Assembly: GCA_003565055.1 (NCBI GenBank)
Contig: PXDM01000221.1
Coordinates: 1 to 35,831 of the forward strand
DNA: 35,831 nucleotides
Direction of reading: 5' to 3'
DNA from: Paracoccaceae bacterium
Lineage (GTDB): Bacteria > Pseudomonadota > Alphaproteobacteria > Rhodobacterales > Rhodobacteraceae
Under the pieces are notes generated by a model that did no database searches, was not told the DNA's origin, and worked only from the letters and a program-made list of their open reading frames with translations. Positions 8,909-18,944 of the stretch are shown here, in pieces (the stretch's first letter is position 1; the number at the start of each line of letters is the position of its first letter). The translations under genes were made by a program, and so were the position numbers.

Positions 8909-11900
8909 CTATTCAGCGGCAATCCGGGCGGGGCCTGCGTGAAAAGCGGTGAGGAGTTCCGCCCGGCGCTGAGCGGATTTTTCAGCGTTGCGATGCTTGA
9001 CCGGGCCGAAACCGCGAATGGTCAACGGCAATTCGGCAAGCTGCACGGCAATCGCGTGGTTCTCCGGGGTCAGCCCGGCAAAGATCTCGGCGATCAGCGC
9101 TTCATAATCGCGGATCAACTTCCGCTCCATCCGCCGCTCAGCCGTGTAGCCGAACGGATCAAGCGGCGTGCCACGCAAGGGTTTCAGCGCGGCCAGCGGC
9201 TTGAAGGCGCGCAGGATCCATGGCCCGAAGCTGCGTTTCACCGGGCGGCCATCAGAGCCCATACGCGACAGAAGTGGCGGCGCGAGGTGGAAGCGCGGGG
9301 TGAAATCGCCGTCAAATTCTGCGCGGGCCTTCTCGACCGTCTGCAGATGCAGGCGCGCGACCTCGTATTCATCCTTGTAGCTCAGCAGCTTGTGATAGCC
9401 CCGCGCAATCGCCTCACGCAGCTGCGCATCAGGCGCCTGATCGACCAGCTTGCGGTAGCGCCGCGCCAGACGCTTGGACTGGTACTGCGTCAGATGGTCC
9501 TCGCGCAGCGCGATTTTCTCGTCCAGTGACAGGGGCTTGCGTGCCACCTTGTCGGCGAGCATGCGGGCCGCGTCTTCTGAATGGGTCACCGACCAGCGCC
9601 CGAGCGCGAAGGCGCGGGCATTGCCCGCCACTGCCGCGCCGTTCAGCTCGATCGCGCGCAGGATCGCGGCCTCGGACAGCGGCACCAGCCCCATCTGCCA
9701 GGCCGCGCCCAGCGCCATCATGTTGGAAAAGATGCTGTCGCCCAAAAGCCGCCGCGCCAGATCGGAATAATCGAAAAGCTGCACCCGCGCGCCGAGCCGG
9801 GCCTGTAGCGCAAGTTTCAGATCCTCGGTCGGGATGCGGAATTCCGTGTCGCGGGTGAAGTCGCCGGTGATGATCTCATGGCTGTTGACCGCAGCACCCG
9901 TCTGGCCCGCGCGCATCAGCCCCATGGTCTTCGCGCCTGCGGTGACGACCAGATCCCCGCCGATGACGCAATGCGCCTCACCGACCGCGACGCGAATGGC
10001 CGAGATATCTTCGGGGCGTTCGGCGAGACGGCAATGGATATGCACCGCGCCGCCCTTCTGCGCGAGCCCCGCCATCTCGATCAGCCCCGCGCCCTTGCCG
10101 TCGAGCTGCGCGGCCTGCGCCAAGATCGCACCCACGGTCACAACGCCCGTGCCGCCGACGCCGGTGATGACGATGTTATGCGTGCCGCTGATCGCAGGCA
10201 GGTCCGGCGCGGGCAAGTCCGGCAGATCGACCGACGCAGTCGCGGCTTTCTTCACCTGCGCGCCTTCCAGCGTCACGAAAGACGGGCAAAACCCCTTCAG
10301 ACAAGAGAAATCCTTGTTGCAGGACGACTGGTCAATCGCGCGTTTGCGGCCCAGTTCCGTCTCGACCGGCACGATGGAGACGCAATTGGATTGCACCCCA
10401 CAATCACCGCAGCCCTCGCACACATCGGTATTGATGAACACGCGCTGGTCCGGGTCGGGGAATTGCCCGCGCTTGCGCCTGCGGCGTTTTTCGGCGGCAC
10501 AGGTCTGCACATAGATGATCGCCGACACGCCCTGATGGGCGGCGCAATCCTTCTGCACCCCCTCCAGCCCAGCGCGCGGATGCCAGCCGACCGCGCGCGG
10601 GAAATCGGCGCGGTGGGGCTCTTCCTTCTCGTCGAACACGACCTCGATCTTGCCCACCCCCATCGCGACCAGCTCATGGGCGATCTGCGCGGGGGTCAGG
10701 CCGCCTTCATTCTTCTGCCCGCCGGTCATGGCGACAGCATCATTGAACAGGATCTTGTAGGTGATGTTTGTGCCCGCCGCGAGTGCGGCGCGGATCGCCT
10801 GCACCCCGGAATGGTTATAGGTTCCGTCGCCGAGGTTCTGGAAAACATGGGGCCGCGTCGAAAACGGCGCCTCGCCGATCCAGTTTGCGCCCTCGCCGCC
10901 CATCTGCGTGAAGCCGGTGGTCGCGCGGTCCATCCATTGCACCATGTAGTGACAGCCGATGCCCGCATAGGCGCGATGCCCTTCGGGCACTTTGGTCGAG
11001 CTGTTATGCGGGCAGCCCGAGCAATAATAGGGCAGCCGCGCCGCCAGATCCTGCGCGTTATCGGCCCGGCGCGCCTCCGCCAGCATCGCGAGCCCCGCCT
11101 GTACGCGATCCGTCGCGCGCCCCTCCTCGATCAGGATCGCGCCCAGCTTCTCGGCGATCATGATCGGATCGAGCGCGTAGCGGGTCGGGAACAGCTCGAC
11201 CTGCCGCCCGTTTTCCCAGGCATCGCCCTTGTGCCAGCCATAGACGCGCCGGCCCCGGCGGTCATCGAAAATCGCCTCCTTGACCTGCACCTCGATCAGC
11301 TTGCGCTTTTCCTCGACCACGACAATCAGCTCCAGCCCCTCGGCCCAGTCATGAAAGCCGCGCATGTCCAGCGGGAAGGTCTGGCCAATCTTGTAGGTCG
11401 TGATCCCCAGCCGCTCCGCGCCCTCAGCGTCAATCCCCAGAAGGCTCAGCGCATGCACCAGATCGAGCCAGTTCTTGCCCGCCGCCACCAACCCGATCTT
11501 CGCGCCCGGCTTGCCCCAGACGCGCCGATCCAGCCTGTTCGCATGCGAAAACGCCTCTGCCGCGAAGCGCTTATGGTCGATCATCCGGGCTTCCTGCGCC
11601 ACAGGCGTATCGCCCAGCCGGATATTCAACCCGCCCTCGGGCATCTTGAAATCGGGGGCCGTAAACTGCATCCGATGCGGGTTACCATCGACGACGGCAG
11701 TCGCCTCAACGGTTTCCTTGACCGTTTTCAGCCCCACCCAAACGCCCGCGAAACGCGACAGCGCATAGCCGTAATGCCCGAAATCGAGCACTTCCTGCAC
11801 GCCTGCTGGCGAGAGGACCGGGATATAAGCATCGACCATCGCCCAGTCGGATTGATGCAGCACCGTTGACGACTCGCCCGTATGATCATCCCCCATCGCG

Positions 11901-12322
11901 ACCAGAACACCGCCATGACGCGACGACCCGGCCATATTCGCATGGCGAAACACATCGCCGGTGCGGTCCACGCCCGGCCCCTTGCCATACCAGAGCCCGA
12001 ACACCCCGTCGAAACGCCCCTCGCCGCGCAGTTCCGCCTGCTGGCTGCCCCAGAGCGCGGTCGCCGCCAGATCCTCGTTCAGCCCCTCCTGAAAGCGGAT
12101 CTCCGCCGCTTCCAGAAGCGCGCGGGCGCGCGCCATCTGCAGATCCACCGCGCCCAGAGGCGAGCCGCGATAGCCTGTCACATAGCCTGCCGTTTTCAGC
12201 CCCGCCGCCCGGTCGCGCGCGGCCTGCGCCAGCATCAGCCGCACCAGCGCCTGCGTGCCATTAAGCAGCACTGGCGATTTTTCCAGATCGAATCGGTCGG
12301 ACAGTGTAATGTCGTGACGCAT
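8909..12322 (-). CDS. Indolepyruvate:ferredoxin oxidoreductase family protein (fused alpha/beta)
   Basis: GYRGSPLG, NEDLAAT, WYGKGPGVDR, CSGCPHN, TPP motif GDGTYNHSG..N, ferredoxin CEGCGDC..C, GVGGTGV; ATG 12322 with GGGAGG SD. Confidence 0.94.
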   Translation of the reverse strand: MRHDITLSDRFDLEKSPVLLNGTQALVRLMLAQAARDRAAGLKTAGYVTGYRGSPLGAVDLQMARARALLEAAEIRFQEGLNEDLAATALWGSQQAELRGEGRFDGVFGLWYGKGPGVDRTGDVFRHANMAGSSRHGGVLVAMGDDHTGESSTVLHQSDWAMVDAYIPVLSPAGVQEVLDFGHYGYALSRFAGVWVGLKTVKETVEATAVVDGNPHRMQFTAPDFKMPEGGLNIRLGDTPVAQEARMIDHKRFAAEAFSHANRLDRRVWGKPGAKIGLVAAGKNWLDLVHALSLLGIDAEGAERLGITTYKIGQTFPLDMRGFHDWAEGLELIVVVEEKRKLIEVQVKEAIFDDRRGRRVYGWHKGDAWENGRQVELFPTRYALDPIMIAEKLGAILIEEGRATDRVQAGLAMLAEARRADNAQDLAARLPYYCSGCPHNSSTKVPEGHRAYAGIGCHYMVQWMDRATTGFTQMGGEGANWIGEAPFSTRPHVFQNLGDGTYNHSGVQAIRAALAAGTNITYKILFNDAVAMTGGQKNEGGLTPAQIAHELVAMGVGKIEVVFDEKEEPHRADFPRAVGWHPRAGLEGVQKDCAAHQGVSAIIYVQTCAAEKRRRRKRGQFPDPDQRVFINTDVCEGCGDCGVQSNCVSIVPVETELGRKRAIDQSSCNKDFSCLKGFCPSFVTLEGAQVKKAATASVDLPDLPAPDLPAISGTHNIVITGVGGTGVVTVGAILAQAAQLDGKGAGLIEMAGLAQKGGAVHIHCRLAERPEDISAIRVAVGEAHCVIGGDLVVTAGAKTMGLMRAGQTGAAVNSHEIITGDFTRDTEFRIPTEDLKLALQARLGARVQLFDYSDLARRLLGDSIFSNMMALGAAWQMGLVPLSEAAILRAIELNGAAVAGNARAFALGRWSVTHSEDAARMLADKVARKPLSLDEKIALREDHLTQYQSKRLARRYRKLVDQAPDAQLREAIARGYHKLLSYKDEYEVARLHLQTVEKARAEFDGDFTPRFHLAPPLLSRMGSDGRPVKRSFGPWILRAFKPLAALKPLRGTPLDPFGYTAERRMERKLIRDYEALIAEIFAGLTPENHAIAVQLAELPLTIRGFGPVKHRNAEKSAQRRAELLTAFHAGPARIAAE

Positions 12323-12362
12323 CCTTGCACCTCCCGTCGCAATGTTGCGTAAGGCTTGATCA

Positions 12363-12383
12363 TAGGTCACATTTGCTGACCTA
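12363..12383. promoter_or_regulatory. Palindromic operator TAGGTCA-N7-TGACCTA
   Basis: Perfect 7-7-7 inverted repeat in the divergent oxidoreductase/LysR spacer; contains T-N11-A (12367-12379). Confidence 0.7.
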
Positions 12384-12482
12384 CAAAGTGATTTCTTGCG
12401 TTTAAGCGCTTTTGTGAACAGCAAAAAACGCTTAGACAGATCGCGAATTGTTTGCGTAATCAACTGTTATGGAAATTTTGCC

Positions 12483-13376
12483 ATGGACTGGGACAAGCTC
12501 AGAATCTTCCACGCGGTCGCCGATGCGGGCAGCCTCACCCATGCCGGGGACACGCTGAAACTGTCGCAATCCGCCGTCAGCCGCCAGATTCGCGCGCTTG
12601 AGGAATCGCTCGACGCGATCCTGTTCCACCGCCATGCGCGCGGCCTGATTCTGACCGAACAGGGCGAAGTGCTCTTCGCGGCCACCCGCGAGATGAGCCG
12701 CACGCTCGACTCCGCCTCTGCCCGCATCCGAGACACCGAGGATGAAGTCTACGGCGAATTGCGCGTCACCTCGACCACGGGTTTCGGCACGCTCTTTCTC
12801 GCGCCGCGCCTTCCCTCGCTCTACGCGCAATATCCAGACCTCAAGATCGACCTGATGCTCGAAGAGCGCGTGCTCGACCTGCCGATGCGCGAAGCCGATG
12901 TGGCGATTCGCATGAAAGAGCCCTCGCAGGCCGATCTGATTCGCAAACGGCTGATGAGTGTGACCATGCGGCTCTACGCCTCCGAGGAATATCTGCGCGC
13001 CAATGGGCGGCCCGAAACGCTTGAAGACCTTACCGATTTCCGCCTGATTTCGCAGAATATCACCTCCGCACAGGTCAGTGTGGGCGCGCAACTCATCCGC
13101 GAATTGACCGCCCGCCCGCTGCGCTCCAGCTTCACGGTGAACAATTATTTCGGCGTGCTTCAGGCGGTGATCAATCACCTCGGGATTGGCGTTCTGCCCG
13201 ATTACGTCTCCGAGGATTTCCCCGAGCTGGTCCATGTTCTGCCAGAGGTCGCGAGCGGCGACATTCCTGTATTTCTGGCCTATCCCGAAGAATTGCGCCA
13301 GTCGCGCCGCATTGCCGCATTCCGGGATTTCGTGGTCGAAGAGATCGTCGCCTATCGCCGCGCGCGCCAAAGCTGA
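12483..13376 (+). CDS. LysR-family regulator, LsrB/VtlR-like
   Basis: MDWDKLRIFH..GSLTHA..LSQSAVSRQIRALE..LFHRHARGLILTEQGE..YPEELR..RIAAFRDF, closely resembling recalled Rhizobiales LsrB/VtlR; start set to ATG 12483. Confidence 0.9.
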   Translation: MDWDKLRIFHAVADAGSLTHAGDTLKLSQSAVSRQIRALEESLDAILFHRHARGLILTEQGEVLFAATREMSRTLDSASARIRDTEDEVYGELRVTSTTGFGTLFLAPRLPSLYAQYPDLKIDLMLEERVLDLPMREADVAIRMKEPSQADLIRKRLMSVTMRLYASEEYLRANGRPETLEDLTDFRLISQNITSAQVSVGAQLIRELTARPLRSSFTVNNYFGVLQAVINHLGIGVLPDYVSEDFPELVHVLPEVASGDIPVFLAYPEELRQSRRIAAFRDFVVEEIVAYRRARQS

Positions 13377-13468
13377 CCGTGCGCGCGCCCGCCCCTGCAA
13401 GCACAACTTGCGCATGAGGCATGTTTGCAACGCAAATCCGTCATTCCTCGCATAAGATAAACAATTAA

Positions 13469-13496
13469 CTTGCGTAACGAAGTGCTAACTCCATAT
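13469..13496 (+). promoter_or_regulatory. Sigma32/RpoH-type promoter of the sRNA
   Basis: CTTG (13469-13472) - N18 - CCATAT (13491-13496), matching the alphaproteobacterial RpoH consensus, just upstream of the structured RNA. Confidence 0.65.
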
Positions 13497-13502
13497 GGAA
13501 AG

Positions 13503-13577
13503 ATAAGGGCGCGCGCTTTTGCGTGTCCCTACCTCCCTGTTGGACTTTGGCCGAGCACTGCGCTCGGCCTTTTTTTT
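13503..13577 (+). ncRNA. Trans-acting small RNA, SorY/SorX-like (5' end approximate)
   Basis: 5' hairpin 13506-13530 (TTTT loop), unpaired ACCTCCCTGTTGGACTTT with anti-SD core (13531-13548), terminator plus T8; between lysR and purL, the context I recall for R. sphaeroides SorY. Confidence 0.78.
13549..13577 (+). terminator. Rho-independent terminator
   Basis: GGCCGAGC-ACTGC-GCTCGGCC followed by 8 T. Confidence 0.9.
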
Positions 13578-13724
13578 GCGCTGCCGTGCGCGTGGCGATC
13601 CGGAGAGCCGTCCAAGCGCAGGGAAGCCCCCCTTTCCCCTTTTGCGGGGATGGATTATGGACAGGTGAAAAGCCTGCGCCTGTCTGCGCGGGCCCGCGCG
13701 AAACCTGCGAAAAGGTAGACCAGA

Positions 13725-15890
13725 ATGACCGAACCCGCCCTGACTGATGAGTTGATCGCCGCCCATGGGCTCAAGCCCGATGAATATGCGCGCATTCTCG
13801 ACATCATCGGTCGCACGCCGACTTTCACGGAACTGGGCATCTTTTCGGCCATGTGGAACGAGCATTGTTCCTATAAATCATCGAAGAAATGGCTGCGCAC
13901 CCTGCCGACCAGTGGCCCGCAGGTCATCTGCGGCCCCGGCGAGAATGCAGGCGTCGTCGATATCGGCGACGGGCAGGCCGTGATCTTCAAGATGGAGAGC
14001 CACAACCACCCCAGCTATATCGAGCCCTATCAGGGGGCCGCAACTGGCGTGGGCGGCATCCTGCGCGATGTCTTCACCATGGGCGCGCGGCCCATCGCGG
14101 CGATGAATGCGCTGAGCTTCGGCGCGCCGTCGCATCCCAAAACCCCGCATCTGGTGCGCGGCGTCGTTGAGGGCATCGGCGGCTATGGCAACGCGTTTGG
14201 CGTGCCGACGGTGGGCGGCGAGGTCCGGTTTCACCCCGCCTATAACGGCAATTGTCTTGTGAATGCCTTCGCCGCCGGGCTGGCCGATGCGGACAAGATC
14301 TTCTATTCTGCGGCCAGCGGCGTCGGCATGCCCGTCGTCTATCTCGGGGCCAAAACGGGCCGCGACGGCGTTGGCGGCGCAACCATGGCCAGCGCCGAAT
14401 TCGACGACACGATCGAAGAAAAGCGCCCCACGGTGCAGGTCGGCGACCCGTTTACGGAAAAGCGCCTGTTGGAGGCCTGTCTGGAACTGATGGCCTCGGG
14501 GGCCGTGATCTCGATTCAGGACATGGGCGCGGCGGGGCTGACCTGTTCGGCTGTGGAAATGGGCGACAAGGGCGGCTTGGGCGTCAAGCTGCAACTCGAT
14601 CATGTGCCCCAGCGCGAAGCCGCGATGACCGCTTACGAGATGATGCTCTCCGAAAGTCAGGAACGCATGCTGATGGTCCTCAAACCCTCGATGGAGGCCG
14701 AGGCCCGCGCGATTTTCGACAAATGGGATCTCGATTTCGCCATCGTGGGTGAGACCATTGCCGAGGATCGCTTCCTGATCCTGCATGGCAATGAGGTCAT
14801 GGCCGATCTGCCGCTGTCGAAACTCTCCTCCAGCGCGCCGGAATATGACCGCCCCTGGGTGGAAACTCCGGCCCCCGCAGCCCTGACGGATATCCCCGAA
14901 ATCACGCCCATCGACGCCCTGCGCACCCTGATCGCAAGCCCCAGTTACGCCCATAAGGCCTGGGTCTGGGAACAATACGACACGCAGGTGATGGCCGATA
15001 CTGTGCGCACACCCGGCTTGGGCGCGGGCATCATCCGCGTGCATGGCACGGATAAGGCGCTGGCCTTCACCTCTGACGTGACCCCGCGCTATGTCCGCGC
15101 CAACCCGTTCGAGGGCGGCAAACAGGCCGTGGCCGAAGCCTATCGCAACCTGACGGCGGTGGGCGCGCGGCCGCTTGCTTCGACCGACAACCTGAATTTC
15201 GGCAACCCTGAGAAGCCCGAGATCATGGGCCAGCTTGTTGGTGCGATCAAGGGTATCGGGGCCGCCTGCGAAGCCCTCGACATGCCGATCGTCTCGGGCA
15301 ATGTCTCGCTCTATAATGAAACCGACGGGCGCGCGATCCTGCCCACGCCGACCATCGGCGCGGTCGGGCTGATCGACCATCTCGACCAGATCATCGGCGG
15401 GCAGCCAGAGGCGGGCGATCTCGCGCTGGTGCTGGGCGAGACGCAGGGCAATCTCGGCCAATCCGCGCTGCTGGCCGAAGCGTTCGGGATCGAAGCAGGC
15501 GACGCGCCTGCGGTCGATCTGGAGACTGAGCGCCGCAATGGCGAATTCCTGAGGGCGCATGGTGCTTGGGTGAAGGCCGCGACCGACCTTTCGGATGGCG
15601 GGCTTGCGCTCGCGGCCTTCGAGATGGCAGAGGCCGCGGGCCTGGGCGTGAGCTTAGACGCTGGCGACATCGCGACGCTTTTCGGCGAGGATCAGGCCCG
15701 CTACCTGCTCGCCTGCAGCTTCGATCAGGCCGAAGCGCTGATGGTCGCGGCGGGTCAGGCCGGGGTGGCGCTGGCGATGGTGGGCCGTTTCGGCGGCGAG
15801 GAGGTCAGTTTCGGCGGCGAAAGCACAGCACTTGCGGGTCTGTCGACGCTTTATCGGTCAAGCTTCGCAAGCGCGATCGGGGACGCTTGA
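13725..15890 (+). CDS. purL: Phosphoribosylformylglycinamidine synthase subunit PurL (small type)
   Basis: [63 protein letters not shown]. Confidence 0.98.
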   Translation: MTEPALTDELIAAHGLKPDEYARILDIIGRTPTFTELGIFSAMWNEHCSYKSSKKWLRTLPTSGPQVICGPGENAGVVDIGDGQAVIFKMESHNHPSYIEPYQGAATGVGGILRDVFTMGARPIAAMNALSFGAPSHPKTPHLVRGVVEGIGGYGNAFGVPTVGGEVRFHPAYNGNCLVNAFAAGLADADKIFYSAASGVGMPVVYLGAKTGRDGVGGATMASAEFDDTIEEKRPTVQVGDPFTEKRLLEACLELMASGAVISIQDMGAAGLTCSAVEMGDKGGLGVKLQLDHVPQREAAMTAYEMMLSESQERMLMVLKPSMEAEARAIFDKWDLDFAIVGETIAEDRFLILHGNEVMADLPLSKLSSSAPEYDRPWVETPAPAALTDIPEITPIDALRTLIASPSYAHKAWVWEQYDTQVMADTVRTPGLGAGIIRVHGTDKALAFTSDVTPRYVRANPFEGGKQAVAEAYRNLTAVGARPLASTDNLNFGNPEKPEIMGQLVGAIKGIGAACEALDMPIVSGNVSLYNETDGRAILPTPTIGAVGLIDHLDQIIGGQPEAGDLALVLGETQGNLGQSALLAEAFGIEAGDAPAVDLETERRNGEFLRAHGAWVKAATDLSDGGLALAAFEMAEAAGLGVSLDAGDIATLFGEDQARYLLACSFDQAEALMVAAGQAGVALAMVGRFGGEEVSFGGESTALAGLSTLYRSSFASAIGDA

Positions 15891-15943
15891 TCTCGCCCGG
15901 TGCGAGGATTACCTTCACGCCAAATCGAAAGGAAACCGGCGCC

Positions 15944-16186
15944 ATGGCCATCACTGTCACTGAGCTCGAACAGCTCCTGAAAGACGGCTTCCCGGATGCC
16001 AGCATCACGATCACCGATCTGGCCGGGGACGGAAACCACTACGCTGCGGAAGTCATCGACGAGAGTTTTCGCGGCCTCAACCGTGTGCAGCAACAGCGCG
16101 CCGTTTATGCGGCGCTCAAGGGCAAGATGGACGGCAATCATGGCGAATTGCACGCGCTCGCCCTGACCACCAAAGCCCCTGACTGA
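15944..16186 (+). CDS. bolA: BolA family protein
   Basis: GDGNHY, FRGLNRVQQQRAVY, LHALALTT; ATG 15944 after AAGGAAA; adjacent to monothiol glutaredoxin. Confidence 0.92.
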   Translation: MAITVTELEQLLKDGFPDASITITDLAGDGNHYAAEVIDESFRGLNRVQQQRAVYAALKGKMDGNHGELHALALTTKAPD

Positions 16187-16204
16187 ATTTCGAGAGGACA
16201 TGCC

Positions 16205-16564
16205 ATGAGCGCCGAAGACCAGATCAAGCAAACTGTCGAGACGAATGACGTCGTGCTCTACATGAAAGGCACCAAGACCATGCCGCAATGCGGCTTTTCC
16301 AGCCGCGTGGCCGGAGTGCTGAATTTCATGGGCGTGGATTATGCGGATGTGAATGTGCTGGCTGATGATGCGATACGTCAGGGCATCAAGGAGTTTTCCG
16401 ACTGGCCGACCATCCCGCAGCTTTATGTGAAAGGCGAATTCGTTGGCGGCTGCGACATCATCACTGAGATGACCCTGTCGGGCGAGTTGGACCAACTCTT
16501 TGACTCAAAAGGCGTGCAATACGACAAGGACGCTGCCGAGAAGATCCGCGAAGCCAACGCCTGA
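16205..16564 (+). CDS. grxD: Monothiol glutaredoxin (Grx4)
   Basis: [23 protein letters not shown]. Confidence 0.97.
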   Translation: MSAEDQIKQTVETNDVVLYMKGTKTMPQCGFSSRVAGVLNFMGVDYADVNVLADDAIRQGIKEFSDWPTIPQLYVKGEFVGGCDIITEMTLSGELDQLFDSKGVQYDKDAAEKIREANA

Positions 16565-16778
16565 GCCATCGCACAGGGGCGGGACATGCGTGCAACGCGC
16601 GCAGTTCACAGATGCCGCGCATGGGAAGTGTCAGCCCCCAAGATATCGGCCACCAACGAGGACGGGACGCAGAGCAGACGGAAAAACACGCGGCCAATCT
16701 GGGTGTGTGACCGGCTGCATGCGTCAGGCGGGAGTGTGACAGACGCCTTCTTCACGCCCCATCAGGCGACTGGGCACG

Positions 16779-18875
16779 TCACCACCCTGTCCACGGACGC
16801 GCACCGCTTTTACCGGCTGCCGTTGTCATTTCGATCTGACCGTCTCTCGCCACATAGGCACGCGCGCCCGTCCGGCGCAGCGCGCGCGGCGTGACCAACT
16901 CACACGGCCCGCCTGCGCGCTCCGGCTCTTGCGTGACCACCACGATGCGCCCCGGCAGACACACGGCATCCAGCTGCTCCAGCGCCCGTTTTCCCGCCAG
17001 ATGCACCACGTCAAACCCGCCACCGTGGAGATGCACGACCATATCGCGCGGCCCTGCCCCGCTGCGCGCCTGCGCGATCTGCTGCTCGGCATCATCCCCA
17101 TCGGCCTTGAGCCAACTGGTGGCCGCGAAACTCCCCGCCCGCGCGCGGCTCAGGGCACGGCCCTCCGGCGTCATCAGCCCGACCACCTCGCCTTCCGGCG
17201 CGATGAGAAGCGCCGGGCGCGTTGTCATGGCCCAGGCCGCGAGCGCAATCGCCACCACGGGCACCCCGGCCCAGGCCCCGCGCCCTTGCCACAGGATGAC
17301 CCAGAGCGCGCCCAAGGCCATGGCGGGAATGGCCCAGGCAGGCGGTTGCACGATGGGCATGACCGCCCCGTCCAGCGCACTGACTGCGGCCGAGACATGC
17401 AGGATCCAGCCAATCGCCGGGCTCATGATCGCAAGCCCCAGCCCCTCCAGCCCGAAAGGGGCAAGCAGCGCGGCCAGCACTGCCGCCGGCATCACCACCA
17501 GCCCCATCAAGGGCACGGTCAGCAGATTGGCGATCAGCCCGTATTCTGCGATCCGGTTGAAACTCGCTGCAGCGATAGGGGCCGTCGCCACCCCCGCCAC
17601 CACCGAACAGATCACGACCGAGATTACAGGCAAGACCCAGCGCGGGACGCGCGCGCGCCAGCCGCGCTCATCTGCGAGGAAGCGAAACACCGCAACCAGC
17701 GCCACAGTGGCCGCGAAACTCATCTGGAACCCTGCCTGCACCAGCGCTTCGGGCCGCAGGATCAGGATCACCATGGCCGCCATCGCGACCGAGCGCAGCG
17801 AAATCGCGCGCCGGTCGAGGAGCACAGCGACCAGCATCACCGCGACCATGATGAAGGCCCGCTCTGTCGCGACATTGCCCCCCGACAGCGCCAGATAAAA
17901 CCCCCCCGCCCCCAGCGCCCCAAGGGCTGCGAGCTTGCGCGTGGGCACGCGCAGCGCGAAAGCGGGCACCAGCGTCATCGAAAACCGCAAGAGACCATAG
18001 ACGAAGCCCGTCAACAGCCCCATATGCAGCCCCGAAATCGCCAGCAGATGTGCCAGATTGGAGCGGCGCAATTCCTCCATCTGCGCCTGCGCGATGCCCG
18101 AGCGGTCGCCGGTCAGGATGGCCGCTGCAAACCCGCCCCGATCCCCTGGCAGACGCTCCTGCACGGCCGCCGAAATCTTCATCCGCAAGCGGTGCAGCGC
18201 CAGCCCTTTCGCCCCATCGTCACGCGGCGCGGCGGCGAGCACAGGCACGCGGGTGTAGCCAACGGCACCCAAGCCCTCAAACCACGCATGACGACGGAAA
18301 TCGAAGCCGCCCGGCTCGGATGGCGCAGGCGGCGGGCCGAGATGGCCCGTTGTCATCACCCGCAAGCCCGGCTCCGGCGTGATGAACCCTTGCGTCCCGT
18401 GAAGCGACAGACGGATCTGCGCGGGCGTGCGCGCAGGGCCGATCCCTTCGAGCACCACCTGATCCAGCGTCAGCCGCACCGCATCCGTGCCGGAACGGTC
18501 GATCTTGACGATCCGCCCTTCAATCGCGCCGAAAAAACGGAATTGCAGCACAGGGGCGGCCACCTGATGGCTGCGATAACCGGCGACCAGCATGCCCGCG
18601 ATCACCACGACAAGCGCAAGCACAATGGGGGTCAGATCGCGCGGCACAAAGCGCGCAACTGCGCTCAACCCGAGCCCCAGCCCCCCCAGAGCGACCCATT
18701 CTTCCCATTGCGGCTCGCGCGGCAGAGCAAAGTAAAGCCCGATGCCGATGGCAAACAGGACCGGCACAAAGAGAAACAACCGCCCATGCTGGCGCTCCAG
18801 CGCGGTGCGGGCCAGCGCGACCCAGCGCAAGGACCAAGGCGCTGAAAAGGTCAGCCACTGCGCCCTTGTTTCCAC
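16779..18875 (-). CDS. comEC: ComEC/Rec2 DNA-uptake channel protein
   Basis: PGGFDF, AHLLAISGLHM, RAFIM, GFQMSFAA, ANLLTVP; lacks an obvious intact C-terminal metallo-beta-lactamase motif. GTG start uncertain. Confidence 0.93.
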   Translation of the reverse strand: METRAQWLTFSAPWSLRWVALARTALERQHGRLFLFVPVLFAIGIGLYFALPREPQWEEWVALGGLGLGLSAVARFVPRDLTPIVLALVVVIAGMLVAGYRSHQVAAPVLQFRFFGAIEGRIVKIDRSGTDAVRLTLDQVVLEGIGPARTPAQIRLSLHGTQGFITPEPGLRVMTTGHLGPPPAPSEPGGFDFRRHAWFEGLGAVGYTRVPVLAAAPRDDGAKGLALHRLRMKISAAVQERLPGDRGGFAAAILTGDRSGIAQAQMEELRRSNLAHLLAISGLHMGLLTGFVYGLLRFSMTLVPAFALRVPTRKLAALGALGAGGFYLALSGGNVATERAFIMVAVMLVAVLLDRRAISLRSVAMAAMVILILRPEALVQAGFQMSFAATVALVAVFRFLADERGWRARVPRWVLPVISVVICSVVAGVATAPIAAASFNRIAEYGLIANLLTVPLMGLVVMPAAVLAALLAPFGLEGLGLAIMSPAIGWILHVSAAVSALDGAVMPIVQPPAWAIPAMALGALWVILWQGRGAWAGVPVVAIALAAWAMTTRPALLIAPEGEVVGLMTPEGRALSRARAGSFAATSWLKADGDDAEQQIAQARSGAGPRDMVVHLHGGGFDVVHLAGKRALEQLDAVCLPGRIVVVTQEPERAGGPCELVTPRALRRTGARAYVARDGQIEMTTAAGKSGARPWTGW

Positions 18876-18922
18876 GTCGCACCTTCCCTAAAACGATAGC
18901 TCAAGACCATGCCCGATACTGG

Positions 18923-18938
18923 TTTACAGAAAGTTAAC
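18923..18938. promoter_or_regulatory. Putative CtrA-binding site upstream of comEC
   Basis: TTTA-CAGAAAG-TTAAC, one mismatch to TTAA-N7-TTAAC, in the comEC/gltX divergent spacer. Confidence 0.55.
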
Positions 18939-18944
18939 GCATCC

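Noticed and set aside
9878-11869. 663-aa plus-strand ORF and similar long antisense ORFs (13878-15560, 16929-18845, 18924-20207, 20412-21860, 21616-23229, 25841-27583, 30907-32202)
   Set aside because: Shadow frames of well-supported genes caused by GC-rich codon bias; no recognisable motifs.
12323-12482. Overlapping N-terminal extensions of the oxidoreductase and LysR ORFs
   Set aside because: Longest-ORF artefacts; family-typical starts lie at 12322 and 12483, and the spacer is an AT-rich promoter region.
13470-13747. Small ORFs over the sRNA locus
   Set aside because: They read through a promoter and a strong terminator, lack SD and have no protein-like features.
13725-15890. purL without purQ/purS
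   Set aside because: Dispersed pur genes are ordinary in this group.
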